A program made the translations under genes and the position numbers. Shown here in pieces: positions 39,636 through 48,867 of a stretch of DNA of 55,486 bases. Position 1 is the stretch's first letter. Each line of letters opens with the position of its first letter. The notes under the pieces were generated by a model. That model was not told the DNA's origin. It saw only the letters and a list, made by a program, of their open reading frames with translations, and ran no database searches. Source of the stretch: an uncultured Desulfurococcales archaeon (GTDB lineage Archaea; Thermoproteota; Thermoprotei_A; Sulfolobales; CAZCAU01); assembly GCA_964496855.1 (NCBI GenBank), contig CAZCAU010000003.1:1-55486 (forward strand), written 5' to 3'.

Positions 39636-39722
39636 ACAATCTAATGCCAGAGAGACTGATTACTAGCTCTACCAGGACTCTTTGCCTACACCTTTGTCTT
39701 CTATTACTATACTCACGTACAA

Positions 39723-39738
39723 TTAACCCCCCGGTTAA
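39723..39738 (+). promoter_or_regulatory. palindromic site TTAAC-CCCCCG-GTTAA upstream of whiP
   Basis: 15/16 identical to the minus-strand site at 41650-41665. Framed by an 11-bp inverted repeat (39661-39671 / 39784-39794). Confidence 0.5.
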
Positions 39739-39840
39739 CTGCCTTTTTCTTTAAAATTCAATCTAAGCTCTAGTAACGAATTATAGAGCTAGTAGTGTCC
39801 TAACCCCGTTTTCTCTAGCAGTAATGAAGAGGTCTGCCCT

Positions 39841-40587
39841 ATGAGAGATAGCATGGACGTTACAGAGCTGCTAAGAAAAATACTAAATGAGACAAAAGTA
39901 GAAGAAAAAGGCAAAAAGCGTGGTGGGCCGCGGAGCAAGCTTGTCGAAGCCATATTGGTTCTCTTACTCTCGAAACCATTACGCTCTGCTGATATAGGAA
40001 GAGCTCTTGGCCTAGAGAGTAAGTATGTAAGTAGTTATCTATCCTACTGGAAGGTAAGAGGACTAGTGTACAATGAACATGGATTATGGTATCTAACACC
40101 TGAAGGAGAAGAATACGCAAGACAAGTGTTAAACAATATAATGAGTACAAAATTTAACGAATACTTAATTATAGCAAAACAAATACTTGCCAGTTCTAAC
40201 ATACCAACAATAAACTACAAAAAACGAGAGAAAGCTGAGAAGAGAAGTCAGGATTTCTTGTCGTTTATTGTCGATTTAAAAGGTAAAACAGACAATAAAC
40301 AAGAAAGAATAGAAAAAGCAAAATGCGTACTCCAAAGTCTCCAAGAACATCTCACATCAGACGAACAAGAAGTGTTAAAGCATATACTAAACCATTATGC
40401 AGAATGGGGCTCTACATACTTATACCTAGATCAACTTCAGGAGCAACTCAATGCTGATACACAGTGGATATTCAAGATAATCCGATCTCTTCAGACGAAA
40501 CAACTACTCTATATCTATACAGATCAGCGTATGGGTATAAGAGTCGGGTTTTCAAAGAAGTTGAAGGAGCTTCTATCTGCTTGCTAG
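39841..40587 (+). CDS. whiP: winged-helix replication initiator protein WhiP
   Basis: GGPRSKLVEAILVLLL..P..S..I...LG...KYVSSYLSYWK.RGLV....G.WYLTPEGEE N-terminal wHTH plus a second C-terminal wHTH, matching crenarchaeal WhiP as I recall it. Confidence 0.8.
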   Translation: MRDSMDVTELLRKILNETKVEEKGKKRGGPRSKLVEAILVLLLSKPLRSADIGRALGLESKYVSSYLSYWKVRGLVYNEHGLWYLTPEGEEYARQVLNNIMSTKFNEYLIIAKQILASSNIPTINYKKREKAEKRSQDFLSFIVDLKGKTDNKQERIEKAKCVLQSLQEHLTSDEQEVLKHILNHYAEWGSTYLYLDQLQEQLNADTQWIFKIIRSLQTKQLLYIYTDQRMGIRVGFSKKLKELLSAC

Positions 40588-40735
40588 CCTAATAATAACT
40601 ATTACTTAATATACAAAGAGTATTATTGCAAGTAATATCTTGCTATACAATGTTCCTTGTTTTTATATGAAATAATAAAATATAGATATATTTGTTTGTA
40701 TAAACTGTAGAGTATTATTGTAGCAAGTAAACGAG
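40581..40735. repeat. AT-rich intergenic region with repeats (candidate replication origin)
   Basis: AGAGTATTATTG at 40617 and 40709, each followed by GCAAGTAA. Inverted TAGCAAG-like copies at 40580-40586 and 40639-40645. Very AT-rich core at 40660-40705. Confidence 0.5.
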
Positions 40736-40835
40736 TAATGATATGAACCTCGGCGTTTCTGAAGACAAAATATCAAAACATGTAGATGTAGAGATAGATG
40801 AAGAAAAAGTATGTGGATGTTCTTTCTAGGACGGA

Positions 40836-41552
40836 TCATCGTATACCTTTCATTTTTTCTTCAATAACCTTCTTTGCATCCTCAGGGTCTAGGCTACTCC
40901 ACGTCTTATGAGCTTTTATGATATCTACAATTTCATTGCTGTTCTCCATTAAGGCTTCAAGCGGCTTGTCTGATGTTATTGTTGCTCTATATGCTTTACC
41001 CTCAGCTGGTACTAGTACAGCGTCTATGAGCACTCCACTTTCTGTTTTTGATAATGCAGCTATGCCTAAGCTTTTTCCATCAGCACTTTTTAGTGCTATT
41101 AATTGTTCTCCTTTCTCAGTCTCTCCTAGCGGGACAACATCACTTAATTCTTGTAAAGAAGGTGCTTCTTCCCGCACTTCTTCCGCTCTAACCTCTTCTT
41201 CTCTTTCGCCAGCTACCTGCTTCATAGCTTTCTCGACGAGTTCCCTCAATTTGCCCTCTTCTATTTCTACTCTTTTGAAGTACTCTATTCTCAGTGAGTC
41301 GAGTTGCCATTTTATCTTGCCGTCCTCTACATTATACTCTACTCTTATTCTTACAACATCACCCTTGTCTATCCCTAAGTTGTCTACTAGGATTATGTAT
41401 AGTAGTCTGTTTAGTTCAGCTGAGGCTCTTGCGACCTCGCTTGACTGTATTTCCCCGCTCTTGATTTTATCTCTCATTTGAGCAAAAAGGGTTCTTCGCA
41501 GCTTATCTGCGTAGGCGCCTGCTAGTACTAGTCCGGTGCTGAGTTCTGCCAT
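40836..41552 (-). CDS. ThermoDBP-related ssDNA-binding protein (DUF2258, RP2-type with C-terminal domain)
   Basis: LSTGLVLAGAYADKLRRTLFAQ...KGDVVRIRVEY..DGKIKW signature. Confidence 0.85.
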   Translation of the reverse strand: MAELSTGLVLAGAYADKLRRTLFAQMRDKIKSGEIQSSEVARASAELNRLLYIILVDNLGIDKGDVVRIRVEYNVEDGKIKWQLDSLRIEYFKRVEIEEGKLRELVEKAMKQVAGEREEEVRAEEVREEAPSLQELSDVVPLGETEKGEQLIALKSADGKSLGIAALSKTESGVLIDAVLVPAEGKAYRATITSDKPLEALMENSNEIVDIIKAHKTWSSLDPEDAKKVIEEKMKGIR

Positions 41553-41649
41553 ATGCGGCACCCTATAGTAGTAATAGCTATTCCTAAGATAAGTTATTTT
41601 TTATCGAGATAACATAATCTATGCTCTCAATAGAGCACTTGCTCTTCAA

Positions 41650-41665
41650 TTAACCGGGGAGTTAA
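41650..41665 (-). promoter_or_regulatory. palindromic site TTAAC-TCCCCG-GTTAA upstream of the ThermoDBP-RP gene
   Basis: Same orientation relative to its gene and similar spacing (about 100 nt to the ATG) as the whiP site. Confidence 0.5.
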
Positions 41666-41682
41666 ATAAGAAGCTAGTAGGA

Positions 41683-42888
41683 CTAGTCCTCCTCCAACAT
41701 GAGCCCTTTTTCGTTCAGAAGTTTTTCTACAACATCTTCTCCAGGCGAGTATAGCTTTAGAATTAGTATATCGTCTCTAGACAATTTCGTTTCTTGACTT
41801 GGTAATGGATACCATTGCGAACCCTTCTTTATCGCTACAACCATTGCACCTAGTCTCTCAAGTCCTAGCTCGCCCAGAGTTTTACCTGAGAGTTTTTCTG
41901 ATATTCTCACATTAGCTACTATCTCTCTGCTTTCTTCCTCAGCTAGTTCTAGTACCTCGTGCACTGGGAGATCCATAGCAACAACAGCCGCCATCTCGGC
42001 AGCCGCATCAGCAATATTCTCAAGGGATTCCACAAGTCTTAGAAACACCATTATCTCCATGGGCTCCTTGATATGTTTTACAAGAAGCTCCTCTATGACT
42101 TTGTCACGCTCGAGATCGGTAAACTCTTCTAATTCTAGCACCTCTAATGCAACGTTTTTATCTCTGTAGACAACAGAGTGAAAACCTAGATCTATGGCTA
42201 TGTCAGCCAGGTTCTTCAGACGGATTATTCTCTGAAACTCTTTACTTGGCTTTTCTCGTAAAACGCTTGATAGTACAGATAAGGCTTCTTGGTCATTAAA
42301 GAGTTCAGCTAGTTCCCTAACCGAGGCTGCCCCGCCTCTTACTACAATTATGTCGTTCTCGAAAATCTTCTCGTCGGAGCTTGGCATGAATTTCCATTCA
42401 TTGTCTCTTCTCAGAAGCAGAACGTCTATCGCAGGAATCATGTCGACAAGCTCGTCAATAGTGATACCTTTCACTTTTGAATCCTTTCCTATTTTGAGAG
42501 CAAATACAACTTCTTTGCTTAGAAGCAAGGCTTTTCTTAATGCTACTGGCACTTTCCGCTCTTGGGCTACAACCAGTGCCAGATCCCCAGCTGCATCACT
42601 TATCTTGTCTAATGCATTCACAACTCTAAATATGCTCAAAACTTCTTCAGCATCCTTTGGGCCACGAGCAGCAAGACTAGTTTGCATCATGAGTAGTGAC
42701 CATAGAGTATCTACATGGTCTTCCAGCTTTAGCACTTCATATGCTATTCTTCTATCATTGTATAGTACAGAGTAGTATGCTAGATCCAACATTATGCTTA
42801 CAATATTTTTTAACTCGATAAGAAGTTCCTTAACAGATACAGGCTTATACCCTATCTTGCGTGGAATCTTTACAGGCAAGCCATGCAC
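41683..42888 (-). CDS. PhoU + TrkA-C (RCK_C) duplicated-domain protein
   Basis: Two repeats of DLAYYSVLY..A.EVL.LE...D and LE.I.DAA, each followed by an RCK_C domain. Confidence 0.82.
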   Translation of the reverse strand: MHGLPVKIPRKIGYKPVSVKELLIELKNIVSIMLDLAYYSVLYNDRRIAYEVLKLEDHVDTLWSLLMMQTSLAARGPKDAEEVLSIFRVVNALDKISDAAGDLALVVAQERKVPVALRKALLLSKEVVFALKIGKDSKVKGITIDELVDMIPAIDVLLLRRDNEWKFMPSSDEKIFENDIIVVRGGAASVRELAELFNDQEALSVLSSVLREKPSKEFQRIIRLKNLADIAIDLGFHSVVYRDKNVALEVLELEEFTDLERDKVIEELLVKHIKEPMEIMVFLRLVESLENIADAAAEMAAVVAMDLPVHEVLELAEEESREIVANVRISEKLSGKTLGELGLERLGAMVVAIKKGSQWYPLPSQETKLSRDDILILKLYSPGEDVVEKLLNEKGLMLEED

Positions 42889-42927
42889 CTGTGAGAGGCT
42901 AATGTGAAGTATACCATTTAGGCAGGC

Positions 42928-44028
42928 TTAGTATATACTGTATCTAAGAATACCCACTATACCGTTAAATGTTTTCTTTATCCAATCAGCTTCAGGAAGA
43001 TTCGAAGCAACAATATACACTTTGCAACCAGTCTTCCTAGCTTTCTCTATGAGAGCATCATACTCCTCTTTATCTTCATGCACAAGCAGAATCTTTAACA
43101 CTCCCATTTCGAGTGCTTGTTTAATCTCTTCTTCACCATATATAGCTAAGCCGTCATCTTTTGCAAGATGAATCTTAAACTCCTCTATGGCTTTTTGTAC
43201 CTCTACATACTCCTGATCCTTAAGAATATCCTTTGCTTTCATAACCATCTCACGTAAACCATACTCGCCCTGGTAAGCCACATCTATGAGCCTGTTAATT
43301 ATTTTTTGCTTTAGCCTGTAGTCAAGATAGTCTCCTTTCACAAAATCGTCTTTAGAATACCCAGGTCCTCCCACTAATATACCCTTAAGCTTCCCCTCTT
43401 CTAGCAAAGGTAGGAAGTACCTATTAGCCCTATCACCAACGCTTTTGTAGAACTCATCAACCATCTGCTCTATTATTCTGTCAAATCTCCTCTGACTTTG
43501 TCCTCCTCTCTGATGTTTGCCTGGTATGTATCCCTCTATCTCATCTAAGACTCTTAGTGTTCCACCCTTAAGTAATCCTAGTGTAGCAGCATCTCTCTCA
43601 ATAATTATTAACCCGTATACGTTGTGTTCTTCAACCATTGGTTCTAAGAATTCAAGGTGGAACCACTTATCGGTTCTGTAGAAGAAGACAGGAACGGGTT
43701 CGGGAGGAGAAAACATAAGGCAAACGAATCCACGCGTCATAGTATCTTCTCCGCAGAAAATCACTAGCCCGTTTTTAGGCACATTCTGTACACTAGTGAG
43801 TCTATCTATTGCAGCGTTTAACGCTCTCTGTACAGCATCTCTAGTTCTTTTAAGCTTAATGTTATCAGTTATGGATAGCTCTTGCCTTAACAAGTTAAGT
43901 ACGTCGCTTATGGGTCTTCTAGGAGGGATATAGAGACTCAAGAGTATCGTAGCAGGTGCACGCCACTTCTTTAATTCCTTAATGATCTTCTTTAGTGTAA
44001 ACTTGTCTATGCTAAGATTTCTAAACAC
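42928..44028 (-). CDS. prf1: peptide chain release factor aRF1
   Basis: LSLYIPP, NIKL (NIKS-like), YRTDKWF and [12 protein letters not shown] motifs. Confidence 0.97.
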   Translation of the reverse strand: MFRNLSIDKFTLKKIIKELKKWRAPATILLSLYIPPRRPISDVLNLLRQELSITDNIKLKRTRDAVQRALNAAIDRLTSVQNVPKNGLVIFCGEDTMTRGFVCLMFSPPEPVPVFFYRTDKWFHLEFLEPMVEEHNVYGLIIIERDAATLGLLKGGTLRVLDEIEGYIPGKHQRGGQSQRRFDRIIEQMVDEFYKSVGDRANRYFLPLLEEGKLKGILVGGPGYSKDDFVKGDYLDYRLKQKIINRLIDVAYQGEYGLREMVMKAKDILKDQEYVEVQKAIEEFKIHLAKDDGLAIYGEEEIKQALEMGVLKILLVHEDKEEYDALIEKARKTGCKVYIVASNLPEADWIKKTFNGIVGILRYSIY

Positions 44029-44075
44029 TCATCCCTATTCCCACCGCTATATCGTATCTTGATACCTACTGAGGC

Positions 44076-45035
44076 TTATAAGCTCTTCTTATCTGTCGCG
44101 TTAAGACAATATCTGTAAAAGCCTTCAATACTATTTTTGAGAGAGTTCTTAAAATATGGAGCTCCAAGCCTCTCATAGTATGTGCTCCACTTTCTTATTA
44201 TAGCATTTTCTGAAATTAGCGACTTGTAGAGCTCGTCTAATGTATAATCACTTCTCTTTCTCAAATACTCGCAGATAAGATTGTATAAGTACTTGTATGT
44301 GTCAATAGTCCTTTTCATCTTCCCTACAGCATTGCCTGAAAACCCGAAGTGTGCAAAACCTATACGTAATGGATTAAAAGCAATGAGTTTGCGAAGGCTC
44401 TCAAGAGCTAGATCATACCTGAAGATGGGAGGTGTCGTAGGCAATATATCATCATATAAATACATTCCGGCTGCATCGCCAGCTATGAGAGTGCTAGTTA
44501 TATCTTCAATAATAAAACTCATGTGGTGAGAGGCGTGCCCTGGTGTAAATACTACCTTTATACATCTTGTGTCGCCGAGTTCTATGTAAGAATGGTCTTC
44601 TGGTATTAGGATAGCGTTTTCTGGCAGGTTTTCAGGTTCTCCGTAAAAGTAGGCTGCATCGCCCAGTACCTGTAATGTTGATTCCCATAGCTTTTGCGGA
44701 TTTACTATGTGTTTCTTGCCACGAGGGTGCACAACTACTCTAACTTTTACATCTCTTCCTAGAGAACGATACTTGTCTACCAGTATCTTATAGAGTCTGG
44801 CGGCACCTCCAGCGTGGTCGAGATGAATATGCGTTAGTAAGATCTTCTCTACAAGACAAGTACCTCTAGTATATTCGAGGATATACTCAGCAAACTCGTC
44901 TATGTTTCTTTGGGGACCCGGATCCACTATAGCACAATGATCCTTTGCGCGTATCAGGTAGGATGAGAGTATACCCTTGTAGCCAAGATGAGATCTGTCT
45001 ATCAGAATCGTTAATGGGAGGACCACCTTAGACAA
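44076..45035 (-). CDS. MBL-fold metallo-hydrolase
   Basis: THIHLDHAGG, TPGHASHH, GDAAG and AHFG motifs. Confidence 0.9.
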   Translation of the reverse strand: MSKVVLPLTILIDRSHLGYKGILSSYLIRAKDHCAIVDPGPQRNIDEFAEYILEYTRGTCLVEKILLTHIHLDHAGGAARLYKILVDKYRSLGRDVKVRVVVHPRGKKHIVNPQKLWESTLQVLGDAAYFYGEPENLPENAILIPEDHSYIELGDTRCIKVVFTPGHASHHMSFIIEDITSTLIAGDAAGMYLYDDILPTTPPIFRYDLALESLRKLIAFNPLRIGFAHFGFSGNAVGKMKRTIDTYKYLYNLICEYLRKRSDYTLDELYKSLISENAIIRKWSTYYERLGAPYFKNSLKNSIEGFYRYCLNATDKKSL

Positions 45036-45417
45036 TCCTCCTGTACGGACAGTCCTCTGAATACTTGCTACATCTCTGGGCTTCAGATTTCGTTAATAAT
45101 CTTTTTAGCTTGTCACAATACGCAACAAAACCACCTGTTATTTCGTATATTTTGAAATATGTACAAGACGAAGTAGGCTTTGTATGAATTAAGTGTATAG
45201 CTGGATAGATACGTGTACCTGAGGGTAGCCCTTCCTTCCTGTTACTATATGATAGGATACCAGTATTCATTGTACTCTCACTTTTTTCTACATAGTATCT
45301 ACAGAGTTTGAAAGCGCTTTCATCCCCTAAGCATCTCTCTAAGGTTACTACATGTTCGCTGGGCTGAGGGAGTTTTGGTGATGTGCAATAACCGTTCATA
45401 TAGTAAGGACACGGCAT
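45028..45417 (-). CDS. Cys-rich hypothetical protein with two 4-Cys repeats
   Basis: CPYY..GYC...C...C and CTYF...YC...C...CPY. Confidence 0.7.
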   Translation of the reverse strand: MPCPYYMNGYCTSPKLPQPSEHVVTLERCLGDESAFKLCRYYVEKSESTMNTGILSYSNRKEGLPSGTRIYPAIHLIHTKPTSSCTYFKIYEITGGFVAYCDKLKRLLTKSEAQRCSKYSEDCPYRRIV

Positions 45418-45572
45418 TCTCGTGCTCCTCTTATCCTTAGGAGATAATATTTTGTTTAAGTGTTATTATCCTTTGAGAAAAGAAGAATATAATTGGTTTT
45501 GCTTTCCGTGAGAAGAGAGATTAAAATATATTTTATTTTAGGTTTGTCGACTACTGATGCCAGTAAGTACTA

Positions 45573-46235
45573 TTATTTGCATCCTAATAACTCCTTTATC
45601 TTACTCAATACGACATCCTTCTTTTCCAGATCCTCTTTGAGCTTCTTAAGCTCGCCTCTGAGAGAAGCATTTTCTTTCTCCAGTTCTGATATAATGTTTT
45701 CTAGCTGCTTAACTTTTGATTCATCAACGCACCTCTCAAGAGCTTTTTGCATTCTCTCTAGCTCTTTTCTTAGTTCCTGTGTTTCTCTCTCTAGCTCTTT
45801 TAATCTCTCATGAGATTCTTTTAGCTTGTTGTACTCTTCTAGGGATAGCTGTATCCCGCCGAATGGTACAGCTAGTTTTAACTCTCCTCGTACAAGTTTC
45901 TCGTAAGTTTCTTTTACTAGTTTCCCAGCCTTGGTCTTACCCTGTAAGTGTGCTCTCACCATTGTCTCGCTTCTTCCAATCTCTTCTGCAATCTGTGACA
46001 CCGTGAGACCCATTTTCTCTCTAGCTAGTGCAGCAGCAGCCACAGCAAGGCTATCAACCCACGTAGCTCTCTCAACAGGGTCTTTTATTAGCTCTATTAC
46101 TTCTGGCCTATACAGTGTACCGATTATGAGAGCAGTCTCTAATTGCTGTAGTTCCCTTCTTGAGGTGGGTTTAACCGGAATAGCGCTCAAATCTATTTCT
46201 ATTTTCTCAACTTTTTCAACATCTTCTTTTGCCAT
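45573..46235 (-). CDS. COG1318-type HTH transcriptional regulator with C-terminal coiled coil
   Basis: ERATWVDSLAVAAAALARE.MG.TVSQIAEEIGRSET.VR.HL.GKTKAGKLV signature. GGAGGTGA RBS before the ATG at 46235. Confidence 0.85.
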   Translation of the reverse strand: MAKEDVEKVEKIEIDLSAIPVKPTSRRELQQLETALIIGTLYRPEVIELIKDPVERATWVDSLAVAAAALAREKMGLTVSQIAEEIGRSETMVRAHLQGKTKAGKLVKETYEKLVRGELKLAVPFGGIQLSLEEYNKLKESHERLKELERETQELRKELERMQKALERCVDESKVKQLENIISELEKENASLRGELKKLKEDLEKKDVVLSKIKELLGCK

Positions 46236-46315
46236 CTCTGTCACCTCCTACATTGACTTTGTAAAAGGAGCCCAGTTATCCTATTAGATAATTATGTGTA
46301 TTCAAAGAATATAAT

Positions 46316-46339
46316 GGTAATCCTTGTATCTTGATTACC
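46316..46339. promoter_or_regulatory. palindrome GGTAATC-N10-GATTACC
   Basis: Perfect 7-bp inverted repeat about 80-100 nt upstream of the COG1318 regulator gene. Confidence 0.35.
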
Positions 46340-46396
46340 GACAAGCTATGTATATAACTAATTGATAATACGAGTTCCAGGTCGACAAGGAGATAC

Positions 46397-46801
46397 TTAG
46401 ACGTAAAATAGCTTACTCTCTAGAAGATCTGATAATATTCCTCTTAATTCATTTATCCGAAACACAAGCTCGTCAGGCAATGATTTTGCGTTGTATATTA
46501 GGGACGTGAGTATCTTTTCCAACTTCTCTAGTTTTTCTAGCGTAGTAGAATTACTTCGTAAGTCTTTTCTTATATCTTCAAGGAGATATGCTATCGTAAT
46601 TAGTGTGTCACGTATGTATATAGCATTTTCGTATTCTCGCTCATATAACCATCTTAGATCAGACGACTTCTTTATTTTTTCGTATGACAACCTCGCTAAC
46701 CTATCATAAGAGTATATGAATCTCACTATATGCTTTCTCATGTCATCTAATTTTCCTTGCAACAACCTCCTTTTAACAGACGACTCAATACCGTTTCTCA
46801 T
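46397..46801 (-). CDS. helical hypothetical protein (possible divergent ESCRT-III/CdvB-like)
   Basis: All-helical pattern with a weak by-eye resemblance to the CdvB core hairpin. Confidence 0.55.
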   Translation of the reverse strand: MRNGIESSVKRRLLQGKLDDMRKHIVRFIYSYDRLARLSYEKIKKSSDLRWLYEREYENAIYIRDTLITIAYLLEDIRKDLRSNSTTLEKLEKLEKILTSLIYNAKSLPDELVFRINELRGILSDLLESKLFYV

Positions 46802-46936
46802 TATTCTCCGTATTATTAATACTTAGCATAGTAACAGTTTTTAAACAGATAGGCCTCCCCAAACCACGCATATGTTCTAGGGGTATGGGTTGCTAGCAAG
46901 CGAAAATCTTATGGGGTTTTACTTTATTGTTGTGTT

Positions 46937-47239
46937 ATGGGAAGGGTTTTGAGTGGCAAGAATGAAAAAAACAATAGTATCAGCGTCAATAAAAAGATCA
47001 ACCTGAGAGTCCTTTACGAGGACCCAGACGTCGTAGTAGTGACAGCCCCGAACGAGGACGAACTTCGCCGTATTCTCATAGAGTTACTAAAAGAATCCCC
47101 GATGTCATTAAAAGAGTTACACTCGGTTCTCTCGGGGCTAGCCAGCGAAGACAAAATACGGAAGGCTCTCTCAGTCCTTATGGAGCAGGGTGTGGTAGGA
47201 GTTCAGAGAGATGGTAAGTACTATATTTTTGGATTGTAA
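46937..47239 (+). CDS. small winged-helix DNA-binding protein (paralog of 35234-35584)
   Basis: RVLYEDPDVVVVTAPNEDEL...PMSLKELHSVLSGLASEDKIRKALSVLMEQG. Confidence 0.78.
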   Translation: MGRVLSGKNEKNNSISVNKKINLRVLYEDPDVVVVTAPNEDELRRILIELLKESPMSLKELHSVLSGLASEDKIRKALSVLMEQGVVGVQRDGKYYIFGL

Positions 47240-47410
47240 AAGTAATTGTGTGCAAAGGTTATTTCATTACATGATTGTCCGAAACTAATTCTTGATTTTA
47301 TGATTGTACCAGTAATCCGAAAATATTATGTTAATTTTGGTAGTTGAACAAAACTATTGTGGTTTCTTTTATAATATTGTAAACTTAATACTTATTATCA
47401 GGTAGTAGTA

Positions 47411-47851
47411 ATGATAGATATTACAATTATAATAACAACAGCTATAGCTATATTAATAAGTGTGCTGCTTCATGAAGTACTTCATTACTTTACAGCCAGG
47501 CTGCTTGGTTATGAGGCTACAATCACTTTTAGCAAAGAATATACTATACCTGCATTTTGTGTTAATATACCTCTTTTCTCTGGTTACAAGACTGTAAGCG
47601 ATATGCCGGGCTTTTTGAAGAGAGATTACATAACTATAGCAATAGTACCTTATATCACCTTAATACCCATTGCTATAATCATGATTTCATCGAACAGTAT
47701 ATACTTGCACATCCTAGGCTTGTTAACCTTATTAATTCAAATAGGATCTTTACCTCTGGAATTTCTACAATACGAGTCTACGAGTAGAGGTGTTCTGAGC
47801 GGTATTGTTATTCAAATATTACTTGTTTTAACACTTGTCTTCTTGCAGTGA
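47411..47851 (+). CDS. membrane protein with HExxH motif (putative zinc metalloprotease)
   Basis: LLHEVLHY within a TM helix; hydrophobic overall. Confidence 0.65.
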   Translation: MIDITIIITTAIAILISVLLHEVLHYFTARLLGYEATITFSKEYTIPAFCVNIPLFSGYKTVSDMPGFLKRDYITIAIVPYITLIPIAIIMISSNSIYLHILGLLTLLIQIGSLPLEFLQYESTSRGVLSGIVIQILLVLTLVFLQ

Positions 47852-48525
47852 GACAAAAGAATAGGAGGTATGTCTCTTAAGTCTTCAACAACGTATATCG
47901 CGCCTTTTGCATAGAGTTTGCTGGGATCTCGACACTTGTTTAAATAACCAATAGTAAGAACTCCCGCCTTTTGCCCACTCACCATGTCCATCCAGTAGTC
48001 TCCTACAAGAAAGGCTTTCTCAGGACTAATCCTGTATTTTGCTAGTACATCCTTTATTAACGCAGATTTATCAAAAAGGCTCTCCTCTCTGTTCTCATCT
48101 TCAAGAGTATAGACCTCGTCAACATATACTAGTAAGCCTAGGCGTCTCAGCTCCTCAGCTACTATGTTTTTACTAATCTCTCGACCTGTCACAATAATTG
48201 TTATAATGTTATGGCTACGCATCCATTTTAATACATCATGTGCTCCATTCATAGGACGTGCATCGAAGCCATGATAGTTTCTGCGAAAGTATCTCCAAAA
48301 AGCGGTCTTGTCGATATCTCGGGGGAGAAGATCGTTAAGCGAGTCCTTACAGTAAGCTTGTAGGAACTCCTCGTACGAGACATCCCTTCCTACGAGATCA
48401 TTTAATGCTTTTTTATAAGCCCTGTAGAAGGCATTTAATGAATCAACAAGGGTTAAGTCAAGATCGAAGAAGCCTATCTTAAAACAAAGACTATGATTTA
48501 CACTGGCTTCTCCAACACGATGCAT
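47812..48525 (-). CDS. HAD-superfamily hydrolase
   Basis: FDLDLTLVDS, VTGR and VGDYWMD motifs. Confidence 0.9.
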   Translation of the reverse strand: MHRVGEASVNHSLCFKIGFFDLDLTLVDSLNAFYRAYKKALNDLVGRDVSYEEFLQAYCKDSLNDLLPRDIDKTAFWRYFRRNYHGFDARPMNGAHDVLKWMRSHNIITIIVTGREISKNIVAEELRRLGLLVYVDEVYTLEDENREESLFDKSALIKDVLAKYRISPEKAFLVGDYWMDMVSGQKAGVLTIGYLNKCRDPSKLYAKGAIYVVEDLRDIPPILLSHCKKTSVKTSNI

Positions 48526-48549
48526 AGCACTACTGTACCTCTTTGGCGC

Positions 48550-48867
48550 TTAGACACCAAGTGTTAGATCTAGGAAATCCATAGGCGGTTGTCTTCCTCT
48601 AGCAATGTACTCTTTGTACTTGTTCTCTAAGAACTCTATAAATACGGGGCAGTTATCGTATCGACCCTCGCGATCACATTTGTTACCTAAGCTGAGAAAG
48701 CATCGTCCTGTACGCTTATCATAATATGGACAGAGTTTATGGTATTGTTTCGCACTTCTAAGCATTCTCTGTACCCATTTTCTTTGAGGATCTTCTCTTT
48801 CTCTCTGCTCAGCGCTTGTGAGTGCTTTCCTTAACTCTTCTTCGGATATCTTGGTTGTACTAGGCAT
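48550..48867 (-). CDS. conserved hypothetical protein with 4-Cys motif
   Basis: CPYYDKRTGRCF....KCDREGRYDNCPVF; GGTGA RBS. Confidence 0.75.
   Translation of the reverse strand: MPSTTKISEEELRKALTSAEQREREDPQRKWVQRMLRSAKQYHKLCPYYDKRTGRCFLSLGNKCDREGRYDNCPVFIEFLENKYKEYIARGRQPPMDFLDLTLGV

Noticed and set aside
40738-40835. ATGATATGA..CTGA..ATGAAGA pattern as a C/D sRNA
   Set aside because: Spacing is irregular, there is no terminal D box and no recognisable target.
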